Assembly: GCA_945872355.1 (NCBI GenBank)
Contig: CAMBZU010000004.1
Coordinates: 3,609 to 67,608, forward strand
Reading direction: 5' to 3'
Origin: Chitinophaga pinensis
Lineage (GTDB): Bacteria; Bacteroidota; Bacteroidia; UBA4408
DNA length: 64,000 nucleotides
Shown here: positions 10,794 through 19,519 of the stretch, one piece after another
Numbering within the stretch: the first letter of the stretch is position 1
Layout of the letters: every line of letters starts with the position of its first letter
Notes under the pieces: model-generated
The model's database searches: none
Told to the model about the DNA's origin: nothing
The model's input: the letters and a program-made list of their open reading frames with translations, nothing else
Made by a program: the position numbers and the translations under genes

Positions 10794-10920
10794 TATACCG
10801 ATGTGAAATAAGCAATGGCCCAAATTTTTTCACGGCATTTGTCCCAAACTTTTTTCCGATCGGCATTTACCAATGTATGATTTTAAATGATTGGCATAAT
10901 TTATAAATCACATTGGTATT
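10794..10920. mobile_element. MITE-like element, copy A (127 bp)
   Basis: Terminal inverted repeats ATACCGATGTGA / TCACATTGGTAT. Reverse complement of 61556-61683 with 8 substitutions and 1 gap by manual alignment. Confidence 0.85.
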
Positions 10921-10938
10921 ACATGCTAAATCAAAAAC

Positions 10939-10971
10939 AGCCCTTGCAGATTTTAAAAAACTTCAAGGGTT
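10939..10971. repeat. REP-like palindrome AGCCCTTG...TTTTAAAAAAC...CAAGGGTT
   Basis: Imperfect inverted repeat with a core like that at 10729-10757. Confidence 0.4.
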
Positions 10972-10978
10972 AAAAAAC

Positions 10979-11010
10979 AAAAAAGCCCCTAAAATTGAGA
11001 GGCTTTTTTT
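10979..11010 (-). terminator. Intrinsic terminator of tRNA-Glu/rpsT
   Basis: On the minus strand AAGCCTCT-CAATTTT-AGGGGCTT followed by a T tract, about 20 bp after the rpsT stop. Confidence 0.8.
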
Positions 11011-11028
11011 AAAATATTATTGAAATTA

Positions 11029-11283
11029 CTATGCTAAAGCAGTAACGTGCTTAGTCAATTTTGACTTAATATTACCTGCTTTGTTCTTATGAATTACATT
11101 TTTCTTAGCTAACTTATCAATCATTGAAATTACATCAATTAACTTGGTTTCAGCTTCTTTTTTATCAGCTAATGAACGAAGTGCTTTAATAGCATTACGC
11201 GTAGTTTTTGCGTAATAACGGTTATCAACACGTTTTGCATCGTTTGATCTGATTCTTTTAATTGCTGACTTATGATTAGCCAT
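11029..11283 (-). CDS. rpsT: 30S ribosomal protein S20
   Basis: MANHKSAIKRIR...IDKLAKKNVIHKNKAGNIKSKL. Confidence 0.97.
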   Translation of the reverse strand: MANHKSAIKRIRSNDAKRVDNRYYAKTTRNAIKALRSLADKKEAETKLIDVISMIDKLAKKNVIHKNKAGNIKSKLTKHVTALA

Positions 11284-11334
11284 TTTGTTTAGTTTTAATA
11301 ATAATTAATTCTTCTTCTTTACTCTTTAACTTCG

Positions 11335-11406
11335 TAGCCCGTAGGGGAATCGAACCCCTCTTACCAGGATGAAAACCTGGCGTCCTAACCCCTAGACGAA
11401 CGGGCC
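11335..11406 (-). tRNA. tRNA-Glu (TTC), CCA not encoded
   Basis: GGCCCGTTCGTCTAGGGGTTAGGACGCCAGGTTTTCATCCTGGTAAGAGGGGTTCGATTCCCCTACGGGCTA folds as a cloverleaf with anticodon stem CCAGG/CCTGG around TTC and T-loop GTTCGA. Confidence 0.97.
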
Positions 11407-11427
11407 TCGTTTTTTTGAAACGGAGCG

Positions 11428-11435
11428 CAAATGTA
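11428..11435 (-). promoter_or_regulatory. Bacteroidota sigma-A -7 box (TACATTTG) for tRNA-Glu/rpsT
   Basis: Exact TAnnTTTG match about 22 bp upstream of the tRNA. Confidence 0.75.
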
Positions 11436-11477
11436 AAACATTTTTCTGAAACACAAAAAATATTTTATCATTTATTG

Positions 11478-12173
11478 CTATTTTATTCCTTTTTCATCTT
11501 CAAACTGAAATTTAAACCCAAGCCTTTTACCTGTTTGAATGTTAATATTACTGGTAGATTCATTAATTTCCGAGACAGTTATTTCTTTTTGTGTTTCGTA
11601 GGGCGGTGTGTATAAATCAAATTCCAAGGTGGCTAAAATAATGGTTTGAAGCAAATTAAGGGCCTTTTCAGCCGTAAATTTTTCATTTCCAAAATCGTTA
11701 TGACCAATTGTAATTTTCCTGTTTTTACTTTCCACAAAATAATGTGTTTCCTTATTTACAAAAATTCGGCCCATTAAATAACCTACATCGTTTACGCGAT
11801 AATACTTAAAGCTATCCGCCAAAAAATTGTATACGCTAATCAATCCACAAAATGAGCGCATTTCGTTATGCAAAACATAGGGTGACTTTTTTATGTAATG
11901 CCCTCCATCAAACTCAAAAATATTTGTATGCATCTGAAAAACAAGTAAATCACCCGCAACTTTCAACTCAAACATAAATTCACTTCGATCATTAAATTCA
12001 ATTGCTACGCGTTTGTCAATAGCTAAAACTGCGCGCTTTAAATTATCAGCTTCAGTTTTTGCAATATCTTTTAGCATGCAGAACGCAGCTCGTGTTTCTT
12101 GAAAAATATCTTGCTTAACGCTAGATTTTTCTTTGATAACTTTGATGATTTGATCTTGCAAATTTTGATCCAT
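11478..12173 (-). CDS. Conserved hypothetical protein
   Basis: Long ORF 10 bp downstream of proS, with motifs GDLLVFQMHTNIFEF, YNFLADSFKY and TGKRLGF; start set at ATG 12173. Confidence 0.8.
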   Translation of the reverse strand: MDQNLQDQIIKVIKEKSSVKQDIFQETRAAFCMLKDIAKTEADNLKRAVLAIDKRVAIEFNDRSEFMFELKVAGDLLVFQMHTNIFEFDGGHYIKKSPYVLHNEMRSFCGLISVYNFLADSFKYYRVNDVGYLMGRIFVNKETHYFVESKNRKITIGHNDFGNEKFTAEKALNLLQTIILATLEFDLYTPPYETQKEITVSEINESTSNINIQTGKRLGFKFQFEDEKGIK

Positions 12174-12183
12174 GTCGGTTGAT

Positions 12184-13659
12184 TTAGTAAGCTTTTGCAA
12201 ATAAAACTCTTTGCGTAGAAGTCTTTCCAGAATAAATACATACGCCTTCTTCTAAGGGATTGTTCAGAGGAATACACCTAATTGTAGCTTTTGTTTCTTG
12301 TTTTATCAATTCTTCAGTTTCTGGTGTTCCATCCCAATGGGCCGAAATAAATCCGCCTTTATTTTCTAAAACATCTTTAAATTGGTCATAAGTTTCTACC
12401 TGATGAATCATACTATCTCTATATTTCAATGCTTTTTGGAACAAGCCATCTTGGATTTCAGTAAGTAAGCCAGCAATTTCCTGTGTTAAGCCTTCTTGTG
12501 GCACAGTATGCTTTTCTTTGGTATCTCTTCTGGCCAATTCCACCGTGCCATTTTCCATGTCTCTGCCACCAATAGCAATTCTAAGTGGTACACCTTTAAA
12601 TTCATAATCAGCAAATTTCCATCCTGGTCGCTGATTATCTCTATTGTCGTATTTAACCCTAATGTCCCTATCTTCTAATTCTTTTTTTAATTGATTTGCG
12701 TATGCATTTATTTTTTGCAATTGCTCATCATCTTTATAAATAGGCACTATAACCACTTGTATTGGCGCTAACTTTGGTGGCAGCACTAAACCTTGATTGT
12801 CAGAATGCGACATAATAAGCGCACCCATTAATCGTGTTGAAACGCCCCAAGAGGTAGCCCAAACATACTCCAACTTCCCTTCTTTAGAAGTAAATTTAAC
12901 ATCAAAAGCCTTTGCAAAGTTTTGTCCTAAAAAATGGGAAGTTCCTGCCTGTAAAGCCTTTCCATCTTGCATTAAAGCTTCGATACAATAGGTATCAAGC
13001 GCACCTGCAAATCTCTCATTGGCTGTTTTTTTACCTCTTATAACTGGCATGGCCATAAAGTTTTCAGCAAAATCTGCATATACATCCAACATTCTTTCTG
13101 TTTCTTCAATAGCTTCATCTGCTGTAGCGTGCGCTGTATGACCTTCTTGCCATAAAAACTCAGCCGTTCTTAAAAACAAACGTGTTCGCATTTCCCAACG
13201 CACCACATTGGCCCATTGATTAATTAACAAGGGTAAATCTCTGTAGGATTGAATCCAGCCTTTATAAGTATGCCAAATAATAGTTTCAGAAGTCGGTCGC
13301 ACGATCAATTCTTCTTCCAACTTAGCATCCTCATCAACCACAATGCCTTTGCCATCAGGCGAATTTTTAAGGCGATAATGTGTTACAACAGCACATTCTT
13401 TAGCAAAACCATCAACATGAGATGCTTCTTTACTAAAAAAAGATTTAGGTATAAATAAAGGAAAATAGGCGTTTACATGACCTGTTTGTTTAAACTTTTT
13501 ATCAAGTGCTTGTTGCATCATTTCCCAAATAGCATAACCATGCGGTTTTATTACCATGCAACCTCTAACTGCACTGTTTTCTGCAAGGTCAGCTTTGATA
13601 ACTAAATCGTTGTACCATTGCGAGTAATTCTCTTCCATTGTTGTGAAATCCTTAGCCAT
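12184..13659 (-). CDS. proS: Proline--tRNA ligase (eukaryote/archaeal type)
   Basis: [26 protein letters not shown] and [13 protein letters not shown] motifs, C-terminal FAKAY; 491 aa with no INS editing domain. Confidence 0.97.
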   Translation of the reverse strand: MAKDFTTMEENYSQWYNDLVIKADLAENSAVRGCMVIKPHGYAIWEMMQQALDKKFKQTGHVNAYFPLFIPKSFFSKEASHVDGFAKECAVVTHYRLKNSPDGKGIVVDEDAKLEEELIVRPTSETIIWHTYKGWIQSYRDLPLLINQWANVVRWEMRTRLFLRTAEFLWQEGHTAHATADEAIEETERMLDVYADFAENFMAMPVIRGKKTANERFAGALDTYCIEALMQDGKALQAGTSHFLGQNFAKAFDVKFTSKEGKLEYVWATSWGVSTRLMGALIMSHSDNQGLVLPPKLAPIQVVIVPIYKDDEQLQKINAYANQLKKELEDRDIRVKYDNRDNQRPGWKFADYEFKGVPLRIAIGGRDMENGTVELARRDTKEKHTVPQEGLTQEIAGLLTEIQDGLFQKALKYRDSMIHQVETYDQFKDVLENKGGFISAHWDGTPETEELIKQETKATIRCIPLNNPLEEGVCIYSGKTSTQRVLFAKAY

Positions 13660-13771
13660 ATTTTTTTTGGTATAGTATTTGTAATTTTGTGATCGATCCC
13701 TTTTTCAGGGCTCAAAAATAAGATTAAACTTTTACCGAATCGAATTGTCTAACCAAATAAATTTAAAAGAC

Positions 13772-15661
13772 ATGAAAACACTCTTCTCAATTATAGCTAT
13801 TAGCAGTTTAGCACTTGCAAGTTGCAACACAGCTAAACAAACCAGCCGAAGTAATGATGATGACGTTTATTTTAACGCCAAAAACACGCCTCCAGCCAAC
13901 AACAGCAATAACAACAGTGGTAACAACAGCAATGCTGCTAACAATAAAACTTCACAAGGAAGCAGTGATTACACCCCTTCAGAAAATTCGGAAAATAACA
14001 ATTCTAATAGCGGAGGAAACTACGATTATACAAACCAAAATCAGTCAAGTAACACTTCAAGCCAATCGAGCAATGGTGATACCTATGTAACCAATAATTA
14101 TAATAATAACGATTTTGATTATGATAATTATTACGATTACGCTTACGCTTCTAGGATCAGGAGATTTCACTCAGTAAATAACTATTGGAATTATTATGAT
14201 CAATTTTATACCAATTCCTACTATTACAATTACAACCCTAATAGCTACGGTACAAGTATTTACATGGGATACAATTGGTGGGGCCCAGGTTATACTACTA
14301 CAGTAGTATATTCACCAAGTTGGGGTAATGGTTGGAACAATAATTATGGTTGGGGATGGGGATATAACCGCCCATGCTGGGGTTGGGGATATTCACCTGT
14401 ATACTCTTATGGATGGGGATATCCAACTTATGGCAACGCTTACGGATATGGAAATGCTTATGGATGGGGGCACCCATATAATGGTTGGGGATATAACAAT
14501 GGCTATTACAATGGATACAATAATGGCTATTATGATGGTTACAATGCAGGCATGAACAACGGAAACTATTATAATGGTTTTGATAGAAATACCTATTATT
14601 ATGGCCCAAGAACAACTGCAAGCACAACTGGAACAATTGGAAGAGGTTACAGGGGCAATTCGCTTTCACAAAGTTACGAAGAAGCCAATGGTATTGATCA
14701 TGCAAGAGGGATTGACAGAATTATAACTGCAAAAGATATAAACAGTAGTGCTGCCAAACCTGCCAATAACACTAACGGAACAGCTGCTAGACCCTTAGAA
14801 AACAATGCCAGCAAGCCAACATTTGACAGTCGCCCTAACAGTGCTAAAGATAATGCAACTAACACTTCTTATGACACTCGACCTGCAACTAGCAATACTG
14901 CCAAACCAGCAAATGGAAACATTGAAGCTAAACCTGTAAACTCAAACAATAGCAAGCCTTCTGGTACATTTGATAGCAGACCAGCAAATGAAAACCGCCC
15001 AGCTAACAACTATGATAGCAGACCTGCAAACGCAAATGAAAACCGTCCTGCTAATAACTTTGATAGCAGACCAGCAAATGAAAACCGTCCAGCTAACAAC
15101 TATGATAGCAGACCTGCAAACGCAAATGAAAATCGTCCAGCTAACAACTATGATAGCAGACCAGCTAATACTTATGAAAGTAGACCTGAAGTTCCTAGCA
15201 ACAGTAGACCTTCAAACAATTATGAAAGTAGGCCTGCAAGCCCTAGTGAAAACAGACCATCAAACAATAACAACAATTTTGATACTAGACCAAGCAACTC
15301 CCCTGCCCCATCAAACAGCAAACCAAGTTATGAAAGCAGACCTGCAAATCCAGGGACCAATTATAACAATAATCAAAATCGTCCAAGCTACGAATCAAGA
15401 CCAAATACACCATCAAAAAGTGAACCGAGCAATGTAACACCAAATAGAAACAGTGGTGGTTCTGGTTCTCAAAGAAACGATGCAGCTCCGTCGAAGGGAG
15501 GCAGTGGAAATAGTTACTCAAGACCTTCTAATTCGAGCCCATCATATAGCGCACCAAGCGGTGGTGGAAGAAGTTCAGGTGGAAGTTCAATAGGTGGAGG
15601 AAGTAAAAGTGGCGGTAGCAGCGGCAGTGGTGGCGGTAGAAGCAGTGGTGGTAGAAAATAA
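13772..15661 (+). CDS. Lipoprotein with long low-complexity N/Y/G/W, (D/E)SRPAN-repeat and S/G-rich regions
   Basis: Lipobox MKTLFSIIAISSLALASC, short motifs DDVYF and YASRIRRFH, then low-complexity sequence; divergent from proS and upstream of a FadL-like barrel. Confidence 0.85.
   Translation: MKTLFSIIAISSLALASCNTAKQTSRSNDDDVYFNAKNTPPANNSNNNSGNNSNAANNKTSQGSSDYTPSENSENNNSNSGGNYDYTNQNQSSNTSSQSSNGDTYVTNNYNNNDFDYDNYYDYAYASRIRRFHSVNNYWNYYDQFYTNSYYYNYNPNSYGTSIYMGYNWWGPGYTTTVVYSPSWGNGWNNNYGWGWGYNRPCWGWGYSPVYSYGWGYPTYGNAYGYGNAYGWGHPYNGWGYNNGYYNGYNNGYYDGYNAGMNNGNYYNGFDRNTYYYGPRTTASTTGTIGRGYRGNSLSQSYEEANGIDHARGIDRIITAKDINSSAAKPANNTNGTAARPLENNASKPTFDSRPNSAKDNATNTSYDTRPATSNTAKPANGNIEAKPVNSNNSKPSGTFDSRPANENRPANNYDSRPANANENRPANNFDSRPANENRPANNYDSRPANANENRPANNYDSRPANTYESRPEVPSNSRPSNNYESRPASPSENRPSNNNNNFDTRPSNSPAPSNSKPSYESRPANPGTNYNNNQNRPSYESRPNTPSKSEPSNVTPNRNSGGSGSQRNDAAPSKGGSGNSYSRPSNSSPSYSAPSGGGRSSGGSSIGGGSKSGGSSGSGGGRSSGGRK
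14971..15169 (+). repeat. In-frame 90-bp tandem duplication (42+48 bp subunits)
   Basis: TGATAGCAGACCAGCAAATGAAAACCG... begins at 14971 and 15061, with a partial third unit at 15151; encodes DSRPANENRPANNYDSRPANANENRPANNF/Y. Confidence 0.9.
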
Positions 15662-15703
15662 TTGCTGCTTTATTAACTTAAATTACTCATTAAAAATTAC
15701 AAA

Positions 15704-17167
15704 ATGAAAACATTTATTAGTGTAAGCTTTACCCTTACTGCATTGGTTTTAGGACTTTCTATAAATGCAATAGCACAAAATGAAGATGATGCACTAAGGT
15801 ATTCAAATACAAAATTTGGAGGAACGGCCAGGAGCACAGCAATGGCAGGTGCATTTGGCGCTTTGGGATCAGACTTTTCTTCCTTGAGTATAAATCCGGC
15901 CGGCATAGGCTTGTATAGAAAATCGGAGTTTACTTTTAGTCCTGCGGTTGGAGGAGCTGCAACTCAAACTAATTATTTTGGAGAAAGCTATAAGGATGAT
16001 AGATATCAATTTAATGTTTCCAACTTTGGGATAGTATTAGCTGGAACACAAGATTCAAAAAGCAACAATTGGAAAGGTTTTGGATTTGGATTTGGCTATA
16101 ATAGACTGGCTAATTTTAATAATAGGGCTATTGTTCAAGGCAACAATGCAACAAGCAGCCTAACTGATGTATATTTATCAGAAGCCAAAGCTTTAGACCC
16201 TTCAAACCTACCAGCGTTTGGCACCGATATGGCTTGGAGTACTTATTTGATTGATACTTTAAATGGCAATTACATTAGCGCTATGCCATCCAACATCAAT
16301 AAAACACAAAGAAAAACCATTGAAAAAAGAGGAGGAATGGGCGAAACTGTGATTGCACTTGGTGGTAATTACAACAACAAACTTTTTATGGGAGCCACTT
16401 TAGGTATCCAAAAAATACGTTATTGGGAAGAAAGTAATTATAGCGAAAGCCCCTTGAGTGACACTTTTGATATACAAGGTTTTTCAGTAAATAATTACCT
16501 AAACACCGATGGAACCGGAATGAATCTTAAATTAGGTGTAATATACATGCCAATGCCCTATGTTAGGATTGGTGCTGCATTTCATTCACCTACTTTTTTT
16601 AATATGCACGATAACTTTAGCACAGGCATGACCACTTCATTTAACGATGGAACAACAATTAATGCCGGTACTGATGCCAATGGAGGCGGAGATAAAGGGA
16701 ATTATGATTATAGATTTAACAGTCCGTTTCGTGCTGTGGGTTCTTTGGCATTTATTTTTGGGCAATATGGTTTAATAAGTGCAGATTATGAGTATGTTGA
16801 TTATAGAGAAGCGCGTTTTAGAGCTGTTGGCTATAGTTTTATTGACCAAAATAATACCATTAGAGATAAATACCAAGCAGTTGGAAACATCAGAGTAGGT
16901 TCAGAAATAAAATTAAACCCCTTTAGTATTAGATTTGGATATGCATTATATGCAAGTCCGTTCAAAGATAAATCTTTGATGAGCGATCAACAATTTTTTA
17001 CAGGAGGTTTTGGTTACAGACAAGATGGTTTTTTTGCAGATATCTCTTACATGAGAAGCATGTATAATGAGAAATATTATATTTATAACAGCTCTTTCAA
17101 CCCAACAGCTTCGGCAAATAAGTTAACAAGTGGAACTATCACAGCTACACTAGGAGTAAAATTTTAA
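15704..17167 (+). CDS. OmpP1/FadL family outer-membrane beta-barrel
   Basis: DALRYS...GTARSTAMAGAFGALGSD...INPAGIG (FadL-type NPA hatch motif), amphipathic strands, C-terminal F. Confidence 0.88.
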   Translation: MKTFISVSFTLTALVLGLSINAIAQNEDDALRYSNTKFGGTARSTAMAGAFGALGSDFSSLSINPAGIGLYRKSEFTFSPAVGGAATQTNYFGESYKDDRYQFNVSNFGIVLAGTQDSKSNNWKGFGFGFGYNRLANFNNRAIVQGNNATSSLTDVYLSEAKALDPSNLPAFGTDMAWSTYLIDTLNGNYISAMPSNINKTQRKTIEKRGGMGETVIALGGNYNNKLFMGATLGIQKIRYWEESNYSESPLSDTFDIQGFSVNNYLNTDGTGMNLKLGVIYMPMPYVRIGAAFHSPTFFNMHDNFSTGMTTSFNDGTTINAGTDANGGGDKGNYDYRFNSPFRAVGSLAFIFGQYGLISADYEYVDYREARFRAVGYSFIDQNNTIRDKYQAVGNIRVGSEIKLNPFSIRFGYALYASPFKDKSLMSDQQFFTGGFGYRQDGFFADISYMRSMYNEKYYIYNSSFNPTASANKLTSGTITATLGVKF

Positions 17168-17186
17168 ACCTTAATTTTAAAAAAAC

Positions 17187-17582
17187 ATGAAAAAAAGTCT
17201 ATTTACATCGCTCTTTACTTTATTGATTTTTACCTTTGTTCATGCTCAAGAATTGCGTAAAAGCGGCTCTATATTTGGAAAAATTGAATCAAATGGTGAT
17301 GTGCGCATCAATGGAAGCATCAAAGGAAAATTTGAATCAAATGGGGATATTCGAGTTGCTGGAAGTATTAAAGGTAAAATAGAAAGCAATGGTGATATCC
17401 GTAAAAACGGTTCTATTATGGGTAAAGTAGAGAGCAATGGCGATGTGCGCCTGAACGGAAGCATTGTTGGAAAAATAGAAAGCAATGGCGACATCCGCAA
17501 AAGCGGTAGTATTATTGGCTCAGCACAAGGCGTTAAAAAAGAACAAGCGGCAGTAATGTACTTTTTCGAGTTTTTCGATTAA
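17187..17582 (+). CDS. Secreted 16-aa repeat protein, probable beta-flower family
   Basis: Signal peptide, five full and one partial (I/V)RxxGSIxGK(I/V/F)ESNGD repeats, hydrophobic C-terminal helix QAAVMYFFEFFD. Confidence 0.7.
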   Translation: MKKSLFTSLFTLLIFTFVHAQELRKSGSIFGKIESNGDVRINGSIKGKFESNGDIRVAGSIKGKIESNGDIRKNGSIMGKVESNGDVRLNGSIVGKIESNGDIRKSGSIIGSAQGVKKEQAAVMYFFEFFD

Positions 17583-18259
17583 TTTAAACTCGAAAAAAGG
17601 AATTTATTAGGACCTAGTAAATTTTCTTTTACTGCATACATTACTAAGCCAGCGGTATTGTTTACCCGTAGTTTACTCATCATATTTTTACGATGTGTAT
17701 TTATTGTGTGGGTGCTCAGACATAAAATATCTGCAATTTGTTTGTTAGAGTTACCTTCTGCAATCAGTTTTACGATATCTAACTCTCTTTCGGTTAAAGA
17801 GATGCCTTGGCAACTAATTTCGTTGCTAGGAATAACATGGCTGCACTCACCAATTTGTATTTGATGAAGCACTTTACCGCATAAAAAATCTTCTCCAGCT
17901 GCTGTTTTATGTAATGCTTCAATAATTTCATCTCTACCACAATCATTTAAAATATAACTGTGCGCCCCTGCTTTAAATGAACTTAAAATTACTTCTTTTT
18001 GCGGCATGGCAGTGATGGCTAAAACTTCAATTTTTTGGAAATTTCTTTTTGCCCATTGAATATTGCTGCACTCAAATCCTTCGGATGTAAAGTCTATCAC
18101 TAATAAATTTACCTCATTCAATTTTAACTTTTCGAAAAGTAAATCTTGATTTTCGACCCAAGCCACTAAATTAAAATTGGGTAATTGCTCTACTAAGTTA
18201 GTTAGCGCGGCACCCACCAAATAATTTCCATTGGCAATAACAACGTTAATTAAATTCAT
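17579..18259 (-). CDS. NarL/LuxR family response regulator (atypical receiver)
   Basis: Receiver-like N-terminus; HTH LTERELDIVKLIAEGNSNKQIADILCLSTHTINTHRKNMMSKL. Confidence 0.9.
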   Translation of the reverse strand: MNLINVVIANGNYLVGAALTNLVEQLPNFNLVAWVENQDLLFEKLKLNEVNLLVIDFTSEGFECSNIQWAKRNFQKIEVLAITAMPQKEVILSSFKAGAHSYILNDCGRDEIIEALHKTAAGEDFLCGKVLHQIQIGECSHVIPSNEISCQGISLTERELDIVKLIAEGNSNKQIADILCLSTHTINTHRKNMMSKLRVNNTAGLVMYAVKENLLGPNKFLFSSLN

Positions 18260-18278
18260 TCTAAATAATATTTATGTG

Positions 18279-18286
18279 CAAAAGTA
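18279..18286 (-). promoter_or_regulatory. -7 promoter box (TACTTTTG) for the LuxR regulator
   Basis: TAnnTTTG match 20 bp upstream of the ATG. Confidence 0.65.
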
Positions 18287-18390
18287 ACATGTAAATAAAA
18301 GAATCAAAGAAAAAGTTATTTTTAATCTGCAGTTACAATGTACTTGTTTGCAAATCAAACATTTAGATTTAAACATAGTTTCCTTAAGTT

Positions 18391-19371
18391 TTACTCATCG
18401 CTCAATCTTAAGTATGGAGTAATTTTTTTTAATAGGTTTTCGTTCATGGCCATGCACTTTTTGAGGTCGGTAATTTGTGTGTATTTGCCGTGAGCATTGC
18501 GGTAATTTACCAATGCTGTAGCCACATTGTAGCTTAAATAAGGATGTTTGTTTAACTGCGATACTGAACAGTTGTTGATATTTATAGTTTTAACCGACAT
18601 GAGATCTAAAGTTAAATGTGACTTTAGTTTACTAAAGTTGTTGGTATCTATGCCTTCCAATTCGTATAACTGCGCTAAATTTATAAAGCCACCAAGGGCA
18701 ATTTTGTACTTAAAAACTTTTTCAATAACAAGAGAATCGAGCAGGCCCAATTGCTTTAAATTCCATTTTGAACAAGTGTTAAATTCAAATGTGAGAGATT
18801 GTTTAATAGCTTCAAGACGTTGTGCCTTTTCTTTTGCCTTTCTTTCTTGCGTTATAAAGCTTGTATCGTTATTCAAGCTCAAAGACTTTTGAGGCACTTT
18901 TTCTTCAATTTGAATATAGGGAATAAGCTGCTGCCAAGTTTCTTTTTTTACCGCCCATATTTTAAAAACATCAGCAGCTTTTTTAAAACTTCCACCCTTG
19001 CTAATATATTTTAAAATAACATCACTTTGCTTTTTAGTTAAGCCAAGCGCCTGCCATTGCGTAGCATTCAATTTATTGGGATCGAATATAAAACGCTGTG
19101 CTTCTTTTTTATACGAATGAAAAGTAACCACATCATCATTAAATGCTTCATTTGATTTACTCTCGCTATATTGATGCTTTCCTTGGTTTTCGAGACTATC
19201 AAGTAAATGAGGGTCTACTAAAATTAGATGCGGAAAGGCATTTTTGATTGGATGGTAAAAGTTGAGTGCCCATAGTATTATCAACTGTATCATTAATAAA
19301 ATAGCAAGAAGTACCAATCCTTTTTGGCCTCTTTTTTCGAATGTAAAAAAGTCTTTGAATACTTTCTTCAT
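18391..19371 (-). CDS. Helix-hairpin-helix (ComEA-like) membrane-anchored protein
   Basis: N-terminal TM, FDPNKL..QWQALGL, LGGFINLAQL, ININ....QLNKHPY...IVNYRNAHGKY-type HhH repeats. Confidence 0.85.
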   Translation of the reverse strand: MKKVFKDFFTFEKRGQKGLVLLAILLMIQLIILWALNFYHPIKNAFPHLILVDPHLLDSLENQGKHQYSESKSNEAFNDDVVTFHSYKKEAQRFIFDPNKLNATQWQALGLTKKQSDVILKYISKGGSFKKAADVFKIWAVKKETWQQLIPYIQIEEKVPQKSLSLNNDTSFITQERKAKEKAQRLEAIKQSLTFEFNTCSKWNLKQLGLLDSLVIEKVFKYKIALGGFINLAQLYELEGIDTNNFSKLKSHLTLDLMSVKTININNCSVSQLNKHPYLSYNVATALVNYRNAHGKYTQITDLKKCMAMNENLLKKITPYLRLSDE

Positions 19372-19471
19372 AAATTTACATTTATTTCTACTTTAAATTC
19401 ATCCGTTGAGCCTATGGCAAAACAATTTAAATCCAAAAATATAAAAGTGTAAGCGATAAACATTTTAAAGC

Positions 19472-19505
19472 AAAAAAAAGCACGAAACTTAATTCGTGCT
19501 TTTTA
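19472..19505 (-). terminator. Intrinsic terminator of slyD
   Basis: AAAAAGCACGAA-ACTTAA-TTCGTGCTTTTT perfect stem with A/T tracts. Confidence 0.85.
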
Positions 19506-19519
19506 TTTATTTATTGTTA

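Noticed and set aside
11415-11615. 66-aa ORF beside the tRNA, or a tRNA-anchored integration site
   Set aside because: It overlaps the tRNA promoter and the opposite gene. I saw no duplicated tRNA 3' end and no integrase.
14971-15169. Regularly spaced repeats as a CRISPR array
   Set aside because: The units are contiguous, in frame and coding, with no unique spacers and no cas genes in the window.
13815-15521. Alternative-frame ORFs (13815, 14298, 14328, 14970, 15285) as overlapping genes
   Set aside because: They are shadows of low-complexity AAC/AAT/GGT-rich codons, which lack stops in other frames.
17260-17520. 48-bp periodic DNA as a CRISPR or non-coding repeat array
   Set aside because: Variation is concentrated at synonymous positions of a 16-aa protein repeat.
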